From a plasmid: a stretch of 40,586 nt of DNA. The stretch lies in the NCBI RefSeq assembly GCF_055900595.2, contig NZ_JBVWEU010000005.1; one strand, given 5' to 3'. This document shows, in pieces, positions 8,213-16,811 of the stretch (position 1 is its first letter; each line of letters starts with the position of its first letter). Below the pieces are notes generated by a model. That model was not told the origin of the DNA. It saw only the letters and a program-made list of their open reading frames with translations, and made no database searches. The position numbers were made by a program, and so were the translations under genes.

Positions 8213-10842
8213 CGACTTCTTCCTTTCGTTGTCCTAACTGAACCGGAAGGGGTAAGTGTGACTGACTCCCCGACTTTAAGATTGCTCAGTCTCCGGGCGG
8301 TGTAATCGCTGACAGGCATCACAACAATTTCATCATCCCGTTTTAGCAGGGCTAACGTTTCCAGCCCGCTTTTACGTTGGCCTGCATACTCAAACAGACC
8401 TTTATCAGTAGAATTATACCCTCTATGTTTCGGTATATCGAACCCTTTAAGGCGTTTTTGCTCACGTTCATTGATATATTTTTCAGCACTACTCAGCGGT
8501 TTCTTAACCTCAGCAGGTGTTGTTATTCCTCCTGCCCCAGCCATATCCCGTCGCAGTTGATCAGCACATTCGGCTGTTTTGTGCTCCAGCTGGTCAGAAA
8601 CATTACCCTGCAATAACACTTCACTTCCTCCGGCGATGCGAACCATACCGAGTTCGGACATTGCTCGCAGACGGTTTTTTGCTGTGGGCGGCGGCTGGCG
8701 TCCAGGTCGCGCAACGTTGGGCTTACTATGTCCTCGTTCGCCATTTGGTTCGGCTGCTCGACTTCTCCCTGTACGGGTGTCATCACTCCTTCCTGGCTGG
8801 CTTCCTGCTGTAGTAACAGCATCGCCTGAGCCAATTCGTCTTCTGCTGCTGCTGGTTCCATATCCGTTTCCGGCATCAGCGGAGGTGCTTCGTCCTGTGA
8901 CTCCTGGCTCATTTGCTCCAGTAGCATTGCCATTACCGCTTCGTTCTCGTCCTGCATCGGTTCGTTCTGTTCCGGCATATCTTTGTCGTCTTTGTTCATT
9001 GTCTTTTCCCTCATTCATTCGGATAAAGTTTTCAATCCGATCTCTGGTTGCGTAAGGACCGACAAACCAGGATTTCTTTTCGGTGTCCCACATGGCTCCG
9101 GCTTGCCGGGCCTTGCCTCTTTGCTCAAAGGGGATGTGGATGTATTCACGCTCGCGGGCCGCTTTCTTAGCCAGAATTTGCCTCAACTTTTCCAGTTCAG
9201 GATCGGCAAATGACACGTCCAGCTCACGCGCAGCGGCTACAGCTACAATGCGTTTTTTAAATTCAAAACTGCCGTTAACGGTGAGTTTGTCTCCGTAACG
9301 GTGTTTAGCCATCAGCAGTGCGGCATGAAGACCGTCATCACCAGCATCACGTGATACATCCAGACGTTTACCACCGTCACGGATAGCACTCTCTCCCACG
9401 CGGTAAATAATCGTCCCTTCCTTCGTTACGCTGTCCGGTTTCAATCCAGGGATACGGCCATCTTTTTTGACTTTATCGCCATGCAGAATGTTGGCCTCTT
9501 TACGAGCCCGTTGTGCATTCCGCTGGCGTAAAATTTTTAGCGCTTCATCATCACCACCTGCGGCTTTGAACTGCAGCCAGTCAGCCCATGTACGGCGTTT
9601 ATGAATGTCATAAGCTGCCTGCCGGTCTTTTTTATAAATGGCATTTGCCCGTTCAAGTTCTTCCCCAAGCGCCTTACTTGCCAGACCATATAAATGGCGT
9701 TTATTCACACCCGGTCCTTTCAGTAACTTGATAGCTGCCCGCTTTAACCGGCCTGTCCTTTTGGCATTTTCAATGAGGCGATCACGTTTAACCTTTGCCA
9801 GACGCAGCGCTTCGTTACGGGCAGCAGTAAGCCGTTGCTGTTCACTCTGGTAGCGCCCGTAAAGAACTGAGGTACTTGCACCCTGAGAACCCAGCGGTTT
9901 GCCCTCATAGCGTTTACCACTGTTAATCGACATAACGGGAATCTCCCCAAGGTGAACCTGTCGGTTTTCACGAATTGGTGGGGGGCGTTCTCCGGGCCGC
10001 TTAACATGTACAGCTGAACCGAATCGTTGTTTAATCGCTTCTGGGGAAAGTCTGGAAGGTTTCGTGTCGGGTATGGAAGACTCAAACGAGCCTAATTTCT
10101 TTTCAAGCGCTGCTCGGGACAGAGAGCGATCTACAGAGCTGGCTTTTACAGCAAGGCCATCGGGACCAGTAATAACGAATCCATTCCCTTTCTGGCGTAA
10201 CTCAAGCCCATTCTGGCGCATTGCCTGATGTAACTCTTGCCAGTTAGCCGCTCTCTTTAATTGATCTGCGCACTCCCTCTTTATCCAGCCAAGCAAACTT
10301 TCTCTGCCGGAATGCCTTTCCATATCTGCCGCATTATTTTCGGATCGCGTCTTACTTGCCCGGTGATTATCGCTTTCAAGGCCAAATTCCTTTTCGAGTG
10401 CCATACATACCGCTGAACGGGTTTTGTAATCGTTGTAGGGGGTATGAATGTTGTAAGTTTGTGGATGGATTTTATTTATAGCGATATGGATATGCACATT
10501 ATCAGTGTCGTAATGAACAGCACTGACACGCTGATGATCGGCATACCCCATAGCCGCGCAGATACGTTCTTCTACAGCATCCAGAACCTCCTGTGACGGT
10601 TTTTCTCCAGGACGAAAGGAAACGATAAGGTGATAGGTCTTGTCGCCCGCTGCGCGCGTATTACGCCGTTGTGTAGGCTCAATCTCATAACGGGCCGCAT
10701 CAAGGATATTTTCATGATGACAGTTCGTAACCTTAATAGCACCCACGCGCTCCTGTTTGTTTTGGGGATCTTGCACATACTTGGCAAGCTCAACAAAACT
10801 ACTCTTTTTGACATTTCGCATTGGGATGTGACGCGAAATCAC
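8209..10842 (-). CDS. traI: TraI relaxase (MOBP family) with long Gly/Ser/Arg-rich C-terminal extension
   Basis: N-terminus MISRHIPMRNVKKSSF...VTNC and HYDTDNVHIHIAINKIH match the IncP TraI signature; start codon is GTG (plus-strand CAC at 10840-10842). Confidence 0.9.
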   Translation of the reverse strand: MISRHIPMRNVKKSSFVELAKYVQDPQNKQERVGAIKVTNCHHENILDAARYEIEPTQRRNTRAAGDKTYHLIVSFRPGEKPSQEVLDAVEERICAAMGYADHQRVSAVHYDTDNVHIHIAINKIHPQTYNIHTPYNDYKTRSAVCMALEKEFGLESDNHRASKTRSENNAADMERHSGRESLLGWIKRECADQLKRAANWQELHQAMRQNGLELRQKGNGFVITGPDGLAVKASSVDRSLSRAALEKKLGSFESSIPDTKPSRLSPEAIKQRFGSAVHVKRPGERPPPIRENRQVHLGEIPVMSINSGKRYEGKPLGSQGASTSVLYGRYQSEQQRLTAARNEALRLAKVKRDRLIENAKRTGRLKRAAIKLLKGPGVNKRHLYGLASKALGEELERANAIYKKDRQAAYDIHKRRTWADWLQFKAAGGDDEALKILRQRNAQRARKEANILHGDKVKKDGRIPGLKPDSVTKEGTIIYRVGESAIRDGGKRLDVSRDAGDDGLHAALLMAKHRYGDKLTVNGSFEFKKRIVAVAAARELDVSFADPELEKLRQILAKKAAREREYIHIPFEQRGKARQAGAMWDTEKKSWFVGPYATRDRIENFIRMNEGKDNEQRRQRYAGTERTDAGRERSGNGNATGANEPGVTGRSTSADAGNGYGTSSSRRRIGSGDAVTTAGSQPGRSDDTRTGRSRAAEPNGERGHSKPNVARPGRQPPPTAKNRLRAMSELGMVRIAGGSEVLLQGNVSDQLEHKTAECADQLRRDMAGAGGITTPAEVKKPLSSAEKYINEREQKRLKGFDIPKHRGYNSTDKGLFEYAGQRKSGLETLALLKRDDEIVVMPVSDYTARRLSNLKVGESVTLTPSGSVRTTKGRSR
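8523..9014 (-). CDS. traH: TraH-like acidic protein encoded in an alternate frame inside traI
   Basis: 163-aa highly acidic ORF (E/D/Q-rich), same strand as traI but a different frame; RP4 has traH nested in traI in the same way. Confidence 0.45.
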   Translation of the reverse strand: MREKTMNKDDKDMPEQNEPMQDENEAVMAMLLEQMSQESQDEAPPLMPETDMEPAAAEDELAQAMLLLQQEASQEGVMTPVQGEVEQPNQMANEDIVSPTLRDLDASRRPQQKTVCEQCPNSVWFASPEEVKCYCRVMFLTSWSTKQPNVLINCDGIWLGQEE

Positions 10843-10856
10843 GATGCCCCCAGGAT

Positions 10857-10869
10857 TTTAGCAGCTAAA
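10857..10869. promoter_or_regulatory. KorB operator (OB) TTTAGCAGCTAAA between traJ and traI
   Basis: 13-bp palindrome in the 28-bp gap between the traJ stop and the traI GTG start. Confidence 0.7.
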
Positions 10870-10870
10870 A

Positions 10871-11230
10871 TCATTTGATCAGTATCCTATCCATTACTGT
10901 TCGTAGCTCGTTTTGGGTTGACTCAATTTTTGCCAAAAGAGTTTTGATTAGTGACACGGAAAAATTACGGGTTCTCTCGTCATTGGAAAGCCACAACTTC
11001 AGTAATCCGCCAAGTCGACCTAAATCACCATTTACCCGACTCAGCTCCTGAACCTGTTCAATATCGACCATGGATTCCACTTCATAACCCATTCCAACCT
11101 TACGCAGAAATGCGGCAGTGCTCAGTCCAGCGGCATCTGCGTTGCGCTTAATGATCGCTTCTTCTTCTGGCAGAACTGGCACACGAATGTGCTTGCCATG
11201 CTTACGTGTAGTTTTCACTTGTTCCGTCAT
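10871..11230 (-). CDS. traJ: TraJ oriT-recognition protein
   Basis: 119 aa, directly flanking oriT upstream of traI; SD GAGGT. Confidence 0.8.
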   Translation of the reverse strand: MTEQVKTTRKHGKHIRVPVLPEEEAIIKRNADAAGLSTAAFLRKVGMGYEVESMVDIEQVQELSRVNGDLGRLGGLLKLWLSNDERTRNFSVSLIKTLLAKIESTQNELRTVMDRILIK

Positions 11231-11464
11231 TTGACCTCACTCGCGGCGGTAGCCGCGTAGCCTCGCAGAGCAGGACTCCCCTTGAGAATCGAAGATGCGA
11301 ATAGGGGAGAGTAAAGTTTGATAACCTGTTTACAGGTTAGCTAACTTTACATGTCCTGCCCGGCTTTCGCCGGTGTTTACGCCAAGGAAAGTCTACACAA
11401 AGAAAAGTGGAATGTCGTGTTTTTTGATGTAAAACTGTGGATATAACGAAAAAACGGCGTTACT
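11231..11464. other. oriT: origin of transfer (oriT) between divergent traJ and traK
   Basis: Imperfect 17-bp inverted repeat 11313-11329 / 11332-11348, followed by TGTCCTGCCCGGC resembling the RP4 nic region ATCCTG/CCCGGC; predicted nic between 11358 and 11359. Confidence 0.75.
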
Positions 11465-11523
11465 ATGCCGCATACACCGGAAAACCAAGGTTTTCCGGGC
11501 GGTTTACAACTGTTATCCTGCTC

Positions 11524-11565
11524 AAATACACACGTAAATACACAGAAATACCTCATAAATACACA
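11524..11565. repeat. four helically phased AAATACACA-like direct repeats (spacing 10-12 bp)
   Basis: aaatacaca at 11524, 11536 and 11557, and aaatacctc at 11546; located between oriT and the likely traK start. Confidence 0.7.
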
Positions 11566-11578
11566 CGCAGGTTATCGG

Positions 11579-12013
11579 ATGGGAAAAGACTATTTAACTG
11601 ACCTACAGGAGTGGGTTAAGCAGAAAAAGGGGCTGAACGGCAAGAGTGCAAACAGCGGGAGGGTAGTCTTCCTGGCAATCCGGGAAGACGTCAGAAATGC
11701 GATTGAAGCCGGTTACTCTCTTACTACGATATGGGAACACATGCACGAAACTGGTCGTGTTAATACCACATACGAAACTTTTCGTCGGCATGTCCGGCGA
11801 TACATAGATGAACGAAAACGTGCAGCTGCTGTTAGCGAAAGTACACCTGCTGGAGCTACGGTAAAGAAAGAAAGCCAACAAACCGGTCCGTCACCGAAGA
11901 AAGAAACAGTGATCCCGGAGAGAACGCCGGTCAAAAGAGAGCCGCCTACGAATACCGGCAGTCAGCTGCCATCTTTCAATTTTAATCCTGGAAAAAAGAA
12001 GGGGACTAACTAA
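11579..12013 (+). CDS. traK: TraK-like basic oriT-binding protein
   Basis: Track ORF 11465..12013; start moved to the internal ATG at 11579 because the upstream part overlaps the phased repeats. Position between oriT and traL as in RP4. Start is uncertain. Confidence 0.6.
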   Translation: MGKDYLTDLQEWVKQKKGLNGKSANSGRVVFLAIREDVRNAIEAGYSLTTIWEHMHETGRVNTTYETFRRHVRRYIDERKRAAAVSESTPAGATVKKESQQTGPSPKKETVIPERTPVKREPPTNTGSQLPSFNFNPGKKKGTN

Positions 12014-12798
12014 TGCCTACTGCAGATAAAAATAAAAAACAGAGTGAAGCTGAATCAGTGCCGGTACGCCATGCTGTTCACAGCGCCCAGCAAGGAAAAG
12101 GTGGTTGTGGTAAATCCGTTAGCACCGCTTTGGTGGCAATGTACAAGATTAGCAAAGGTGAGCTACCGCTGTGCATCGATACCGATCCGCTCAATCCTAC
12201 ATTCTCTAATTATGAAAAACTGAACGTCCGACAGCTGAACATCATGGAAGGTGATGAAATTAATCAGCGCAAACTGGATACCCTCATCCAGTGGATTGAT
12301 GAAGCCGGTGATAGGGACGTTATTATCGATAACGGCGCTCCGTCATTTATTCCGTTATCAAGTTATATGATTAGCCAGCAAATCCCCGCCCTGCTTTATG
12401 AAATGGGTAAACAGCTTGTCATTCATATCTCGATTGTGGGGGGGCAGGCACATGATTACACCGTCGAGGGGTTCAAGGCCATGGTGGAGCAGTATCCGTC
12501 AGAAACCCGTTTTGTTGTCTGGCTTAACCCGTATTGGGGCGCGGTGGAATCCGATCAGGGAGTGCCATTCGAAGAATCAGAAGCGTACCTGATGAATAAA
12601 GACAAGGTTGATGCGCTTATCCGTTTGCCTACACTCAAAAAGGAGTTACACGGCCAGGACTTTGCCGACATGCTGGAAAACTACAAGACCTTCGATGAGG
12701 CCATTGAAGATAAATCATTATCTATTATGGTTCGCCAGCGTCTGAAACAGGTTCGCGCCCTTATTTTCGAACAGCTTGATTTAGCAACGGTGATCTGA
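12013..12798 (+). CDS. traL: TraL P-loop ATPase (MinD/ParA-like)
   Basis: 261 aa, Walker A QQGKGGCGKS; start overlaps the traK stop. Confidence 0.8.
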   Translation: MPTADKNKKQSEAESVPVRHAVHSAQQGKGGCGKSVSTALVAMYKISKGELPLCIDTDPLNPTFSNYEKLNVRQLNIMEGDEINQRKLDTLIQWIDEAGDRDVIIDNGAPSFIPLSSYMISQQIPALLYEMGKQLVIHISIVGGQAHDYTVEGFKAMVEQYPSETRFVVWLNPYWGAVESDQGVPFEESEAYLMNKDKVDALIRLPTLKKELHGQDFADMLENYKTFDEAIEDKSLSIMVRQRLKQVRALIFEQLDLATVI

Positions 12799-13238
12799 TG
12801 GATGATAAGACGGAAGAACTCATTGCGCTCATTGCTAAAAAGCATGGTATAGCCCTGGATGAAACCGATCCGATTATGGTCGTTCCTACCCTGCTTCGTT
12901 ATTTGCTGGATGAAAGCCAGGAGAAACAGGGTGAAATTCTGGATGAGTTTAAATCCGAGCTACAAAGCGCCCTGATGCAATGGGATTACAGCGCGAAGGA
13001 TAAGGCTGACCGTATCCTTAACGCCGCGCTAAAGGCGAATACGGAAGTAATGGAGCGGGTTTTGACATCTGCCGCCACAGAAACCGCTGTCATAATCAGA
13101 AAGGAAGTTCAGGACGAGATCAGAAAATCGCGGGCGCACATAGAAGGGGCAAGAAAACTTGCCATGATGAATATGGCGGCGGCGGTGATCACCTTAATGG
13201 CTGCTGCCGTCGCATTCATTGCAACGTTTTACAAGTGA
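12798..13238 (+). CDS. traM: TraM-like protein
   Basis: 146 aa, overlapping start/stop with traL, hydrophobic C-terminus; position as in RP4. Confidence 0.7.
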   Translation: MDDKTEELIALIAKKHGIALDETDPIMVVPTLLRYLLDESQEKQGEILDEFKSELQSALMQWDYSAKDKADRILNAALKANTEVMERVLTSAATETAVIIRKEVQDEIRKSRAHIEGARKLAMMNMAAAVITLMAAAVAFIATFYK

Positions 13239-13240
13239 CT

Positions 13241-13253
13241 ATTAGCCGCTAAG
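13241..13253. promoter_or_regulatory. degenerate KorB-operator-like palindrome (ATTAGCCGCTAAG) next to a perfect one
   Basis: 11 of 13 matches to TTTAGCSGCTAAA, 1 bp from the site at 13255. Confidence 0.4.
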
Positions 13254-13254
13254 T

Positions 13255-13267
13255 TTTAGCGGCTAAA
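13255..13267. promoter_or_regulatory. KorB operator (OB) TTTAGCGGCTAAA
   Basis: Perfect 13-bp palindrome matching the RK2 OB consensus TTTAGC(C/G)GCTAAA. Confidence 0.8.
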
Positions 13268-13357
13268 ATTTTGTTATGTTGTAGCGTGCCTTATCGCCAA
13301 CCGGCCTGAACCCCGTTTATCGGGGTTTCGCTGTTTTTAGGGGGTAGGAATTGTTGC

Positions 13358-13385
13358 GGAAAAAAATCCCCGCATGACGGGGATT
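13358..13385 (-). terminator. rho-independent terminator downstream of the kfrA-like gene
   Basis: Hairpin ATCCCCG-CATGA-CGGGGAT preceded on the plus strand by an A-run (a T-run on the minus strand). Confidence 0.55.
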
Positions 13386-13395
13386 CTGTAGCTGA

Positions 13396-14076
13396 TCAAG
13401 TTATTGTTCTTGTAAGGCTCAGACCATTCCCTTTACTTAGTGATGGGGCCTGCTCTCTTTGTAGCTTTTCTTTCTGTTCTTTCGCCTGCTTCCGCATGAG
13501 ATTCTCATGCGCTCGCTGTGCAGCCCGCATTTCATCCCATCCTTCGGCAAGCTCTGGTTTATCATGCCGCACTTTGGCCGTCGCAAGTTCGTGTATACGC
13601 GGGCCATGTAACCCCATCCCGTCATGAATCTCTTTGACAGTTTCCAGCCGGTTCTGCAGGCGACTCAGCAATGACTGTTGTTGTTGTACCTGTGACTTCC
13701 ATTTTGCCTTCTGGCCGGGCAGAGCCAAAAACCCAGGCTGACGACTCATCATCTGCTGCAGAACCGCCTCCTGCTTGTCTATCAGCGATTCCAGCCGGTT
13801 TTCAAGGTTTTCTGCCTGCGTTTCTTTATCCGCTACTGCCGCCTCTACCGCATCCTTATATTCCTGCTCAATGTTACCGGCGTCAGTTTGCGAATCCTGC
13901 AAATGGGAAGGGTCATTGATCAACTGCTGCTGTTCGTCATGCAGTTGCTGTACCTGTTCCTGGATATTTACGGCTTCCGACTCTGCGAGAAGATCAGGTG
14001 TAATATCAGGCTGCTGACGAGGGGAGGAGGTATCCCGGACCGCGCCGGGATTTTTAAATGGGGTAGTTGGCTTCAT
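13396..14076 (-). CDS. kfrA: KfrA-like coiled-coil protein
   Basis: 226 aa, Q/E-rich, predicted long alpha-helical; position after korB as in RK2; perfect SD AGGAG. Confidence 0.55.
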   Translation of the reverse strand: MKPTTPFKNPGAVRDTSSPRQQPDITPDLLAESEAVNIQEQVQQLHDEQQQLINDPSHLQDSQTDAGNIEQEYKDAVEAAVADKETQAENLENRLESLIDKQEAVLQQMMSRQPGFLALPGQKAKWKSQVQQQQSLLSRLQNRLETVKEIHDGMGLHGPRIHELATAKVRHDKPELAEGWDEMRAAQRAHENLMRKQAKEQKEKLQREQAPSLSKGNGLSLTRTIT

Positions 14077-14097
14077 CCGGGACTCCTACGCTATTCG

Positions 14098-14451
14098 CTA
14101 TCTGGAGAACTTCCGGCCCTGCTTCTCTGTGGCTGCTGCTACCTGAGCTTTACCGGAAGTCTGGTCATACGAAATACTTTTTTCCGTACCTACCTCTGGC
14201 AGTTTATCGAAATTTTGGCGATCATGCTTGAAAATCTGCTTACCTACCTGCTGATATACTGATTGCTTATCTGCGTGTAAAATCGGCCCATTATAAGAGC
14301 TGGCTTTATCCGGCCCCTTGGACAGATAAAGCGGGTAAATGCCTGGCTTTATGCTGCCCGCTCTATCAACATTGTCATTTTTCCATTTTCCAGCTTCTTC
14401 GCTTTGCAGCACTCGCTGGCCGTTCATGACAAGAACACGCTGTTTGCTCAT
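14098..14451 (-). CDS. hypothetical protein (first gene of the kfrA-like operon)
   Basis: 117 aa, perfect SD AAGGAG; no recognisable motif. Confidence 0.5.
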   Translation of the reverse strand: MSKQRVLVMNGQRVLQSEEAGKWKNDNVDRAGSIKPGIYPLYLSKGPDKASSYNGPILHADKQSVYQQVGKQIFKHDRQNFDKLPEVGTEKSISYDQTSGKAQVAAATEKQGRKFSR

Positions 14452-14948
14452 GTCGGTGTTACTCCTTGTGTTATCATCAACCGTCTGTATTGAGATAGGG
14501 CTAACTGCTATTTTTAAGTTGAATCGGCAACTGATTACCCAACTACTCTTTAACCATCATCCAGGTATTCTCCGGCCCTATGGATAAATGCCGTTAAAAA
14601 TGCGTTTGTGGGCTTCTTTCAGGCGCTGTTTGTCGAAAGGACCAAGATAGGGCTTTCTTCCAGCTACGATAAGTTAAGAGCTATTGTGTCACGCTCAATC
14701 CCTCATCCCAGCCAGGTTGATAAGGATGTCAGTACTCTGATACAGATATTGGTGTTTTTGCCGCTCATTCCTAATGTTGTTTTGCATGTTGAGTATGGTT
14801 CTTAACTCTCCCTGCGTCACCTTACTCATAAGTAACATCACCGGTAATGATGCGTTTTTAGGAAATAGCCGCCAGGAACCATGAATTCTCTGCCCTGACG
14901 GAACTACATAGCCCTCAGGTTAAATTTTGTTTAGCTACATCTATACAT

Positions 14949-14961
14949 TTTAGCGGCTAAA
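14949..14961. promoter_or_regulatory. KorB operator (OB) TTTAGCGGCTAAA
   Basis: Perfect 13-bp palindrome. Confidence 0.8.
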
Positions 14962-14983
14962 ATTATGCAATAAATAATATTAA

Positions 14984-15010
14984 TAAAAAAAATCCCGCGA
15001 CTGCGGGATT
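14984..15010 (-). terminator. rho-independent terminator after korB
   Basis: Hairpin AATCCCGC-GACT-GCGGGATT with a T-run on the minus strand, 22 bp past the korB stop. Confidence 0.6.
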
Positions 15011-15031
15011 CTGAGCGGAAATTGATACCTT

Positions 15032-16045
15032 TTATCCTTCAATAAGGCAAATTATTTTCACGTTTTCGAGATTTAGCTCTTCTTCTACACCAGTTGAATC
15101 AAACTTAATCCAGGCAAGCCCTTCTTCACTTGGGCGCTTGGTCAGGATAAGGCGGCCCTGCTCCCCCAGGTACTCAACGATAACAATAGCCTTTTTGAAT
15201 TTATCAGGATCGGTTTCCTTTTCTGGCGTCTTACGGACCTTATCGGTCACATCGTTATCATCGTGGCCGTCCGTATCATCTTCGGCAGCTTCCGAATCGG
15301 TACGGCCATTGAAGGCGTCAATGGTGTCTGGATCACGCTTGCTGGATTCTTTTTCGTCCAGGAACTCACGGAAAACTTTCACCGCACTACGGGTAATGTC
15401 TTCACCCTCGTTCTCTTCAAGCAGTTTTTGAACTTCTTCCGGGTCTTGCTTGTAAGCCGTTACCAGCTCATTAACTACGGTAACATCACGGATTGAACCT
15501 TTATTAAAAGCATCTGCTATACAATCCGGCAGGTCCAGCAACGCTGCGTGTTGGGTTACGAACGCTGGCGACTTGCCAAGCCGTTTAGCAATCTGAGATT
15601 TTGATACCCCCTCAGCCAGTTTGCGGCCAATGTGTACGGCAATTTCACGCGCCGTCAGGTCATTACGCTGGATGTTCTCAATGACCTGATCATCGTCGCT
15701 ATAGTCATTATCGATAAAAGCGGGAATTTGTTTCTTCCCGGCCACTTTACTGGCTCGCCAGCGACGTTCTCCATGGTTAATAATATAGCGCCCCGCTTGC
15801 TCCGGGTTCTCGCGAACGGAGACAGGCATTTTCACACCACGCGCTTTAATGGTATCAGCCAGCTCCTTAATGGATTCCTCTGAGAACCCTGGGTTGTCCT
15901 GCTTACGCGGTTGTTCAGGATCGGGATCAATCGCATCAACGTCCAGCATCAGTGGTTTACCCTCAGCACCTGCAGACGCATCAAGAAAGTCGGAGAGATC
16001 ACCAACGGTATCAAGGCCAAGGCCGGAAGAATTTTTTTTAGTCAT
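15032..16045 (-). CDS. korB: KorB (ParB-family partitioning protein and global repressor)
   Basis: 337 aa, ParB-like, acidic linker, follows incC with start/stop overlap; its cognate operators are scattered across the window. Confidence 0.85.
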   Translation of the reverse strand: MTKKNSSGLGLDTVGDLSDFLDASAGAEGKPLMLDVDAIDPDPEQPRKQDNPGFSEESIKELADTIKARGVKMPVSVRENPEQAGRYIINHGERRWRASKVAGKKQIPAFIDNDYSDDDQVIENIQRNDLTAREIAVHIGRKLAEGVSKSQIAKRLGKSPAFVTQHAALLDLPDCIADAFNKGSIRDVTVVNELVTAYKQDPEEVQKLLEENEGEDITRSAVKVFREFLDEKESSKRDPDTIDAFNGRTDSEAAEDDTDGHDDNDVTDKVRKTPEKETDPDKFKKAIVIVEYLGEQGRLILTKRPSEEGLAWIKFDSTGVEEELNLENVKIICLIEG

Positions 16046-16809
16046 TATGCAATCTCCATCTTAGTAAAAACATGATAGGCCAGTGCTCTCATTTCCTGGC
16101 TGGCTTTACGTGCTGCTGTCTTCTTGATTTTCCAGACAGGGACATGTGAAGCCAGTGCATCAGCAATGCTGCTTCGCAACCCGACAGACACAGGAACCAT
16201 TAACGTAGGGTAGGCCGTCTGCAGCTCCTGCAGGTGGTTTACATGGCGAGGATTGCGACCATCTACCTTACTTGGAACCATACCAATAAATTCCAGCTTG
16301 CTGTTCATTTTGCGTTTCACCTGGGTGAAGGTGGTCAGCATTTTTTTAATACCCTGAATTGAGTACACCTCAAGCTCAATAGGGCATACCACAAAATCAG
16401 CGCTCGCCAGCGCAACTATAAGCGCATTGTTAACCGTAGGCGCAGTATCAATCAGGCAGACGTCAAAGCCACTGTCCGCCAGCTGCTGCAGGTTATGGCG
16501 GAACTGCTTCACCATTTCCGGCAGATTTAATTTTTCTACGTTTGCCAGTTGAATATCTGACTCAATGAGAGAAATTCCGCTCTCAGGCATTTGAGTAAAG
16601 CGAGTTGGCTCGATCTCGCCCCACATTTCATTCGCTTTAATGCCGGACGAGAACTGTTTCAGGGTAAAAGAGGCGTTGCCCTGGGTATCCATATCGATTA
16701 CAGCAACCCGCTTGCCTCGTTCTGAAAAATCAAATGCCAGATGAACCAGGGTGGAAGTCTTGCCAACACCACCTTTTTGATTTGCTGTAACCAATACTTT
16801 CATAGCCAT
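16045..16809 (-). CDS. incC: IncC (ParA-family partitioning ATPase)
   Basis: 254 aa, deviant Walker A KGGVGKTS typical of ParA/MinD. Confidence 0.85.
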   Translation of the reverse strand: MAMKVLVTANQKGGVGKTSTLVHLAFDFSERGKRVAVIDMDTQGNASFTLKQFSSGIKANEMWGEIEPTRFTQMPESGISLIESDIQLANVEKLNLPEMVKQFRHNLQQLADSGFDVCLIDTAPTVNNALIVALASADFVVCPIELEVYSIQGIKKMLTTFTQVKRKMNSKLEFIGMVPSKVDGRNPRHVNHLQELQTAYPTLMVPVSVGLRSSIADALASHVPVWKIKKTAARKASQEMRALAYHVFTKMEIA

Positions 16810-16811
16810 CG

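Noticed and set aside
8579-9055. Plus-strand 158-aa ORF inside traI
   Set aside because: Antisense to the relaxase within its low-complexity region; no independent support.
11334-11347. GGTTAGCTAAC as a possible third KorA operator
   Set aside because: Differs from GTTTAGCTAAAC and forms the right arm of the oriT inverted repeat, so it is better explained as part of the TraJ binding site.
13671-14262. Plus-strand ORFs 13671..13919, 13775..14017, 13888..14262
   Set aside because: Antisense to the kfrA-like gene and the adjacent 117-aa gene, both of which have perfect SD sequences; treated as shadow ORFs.
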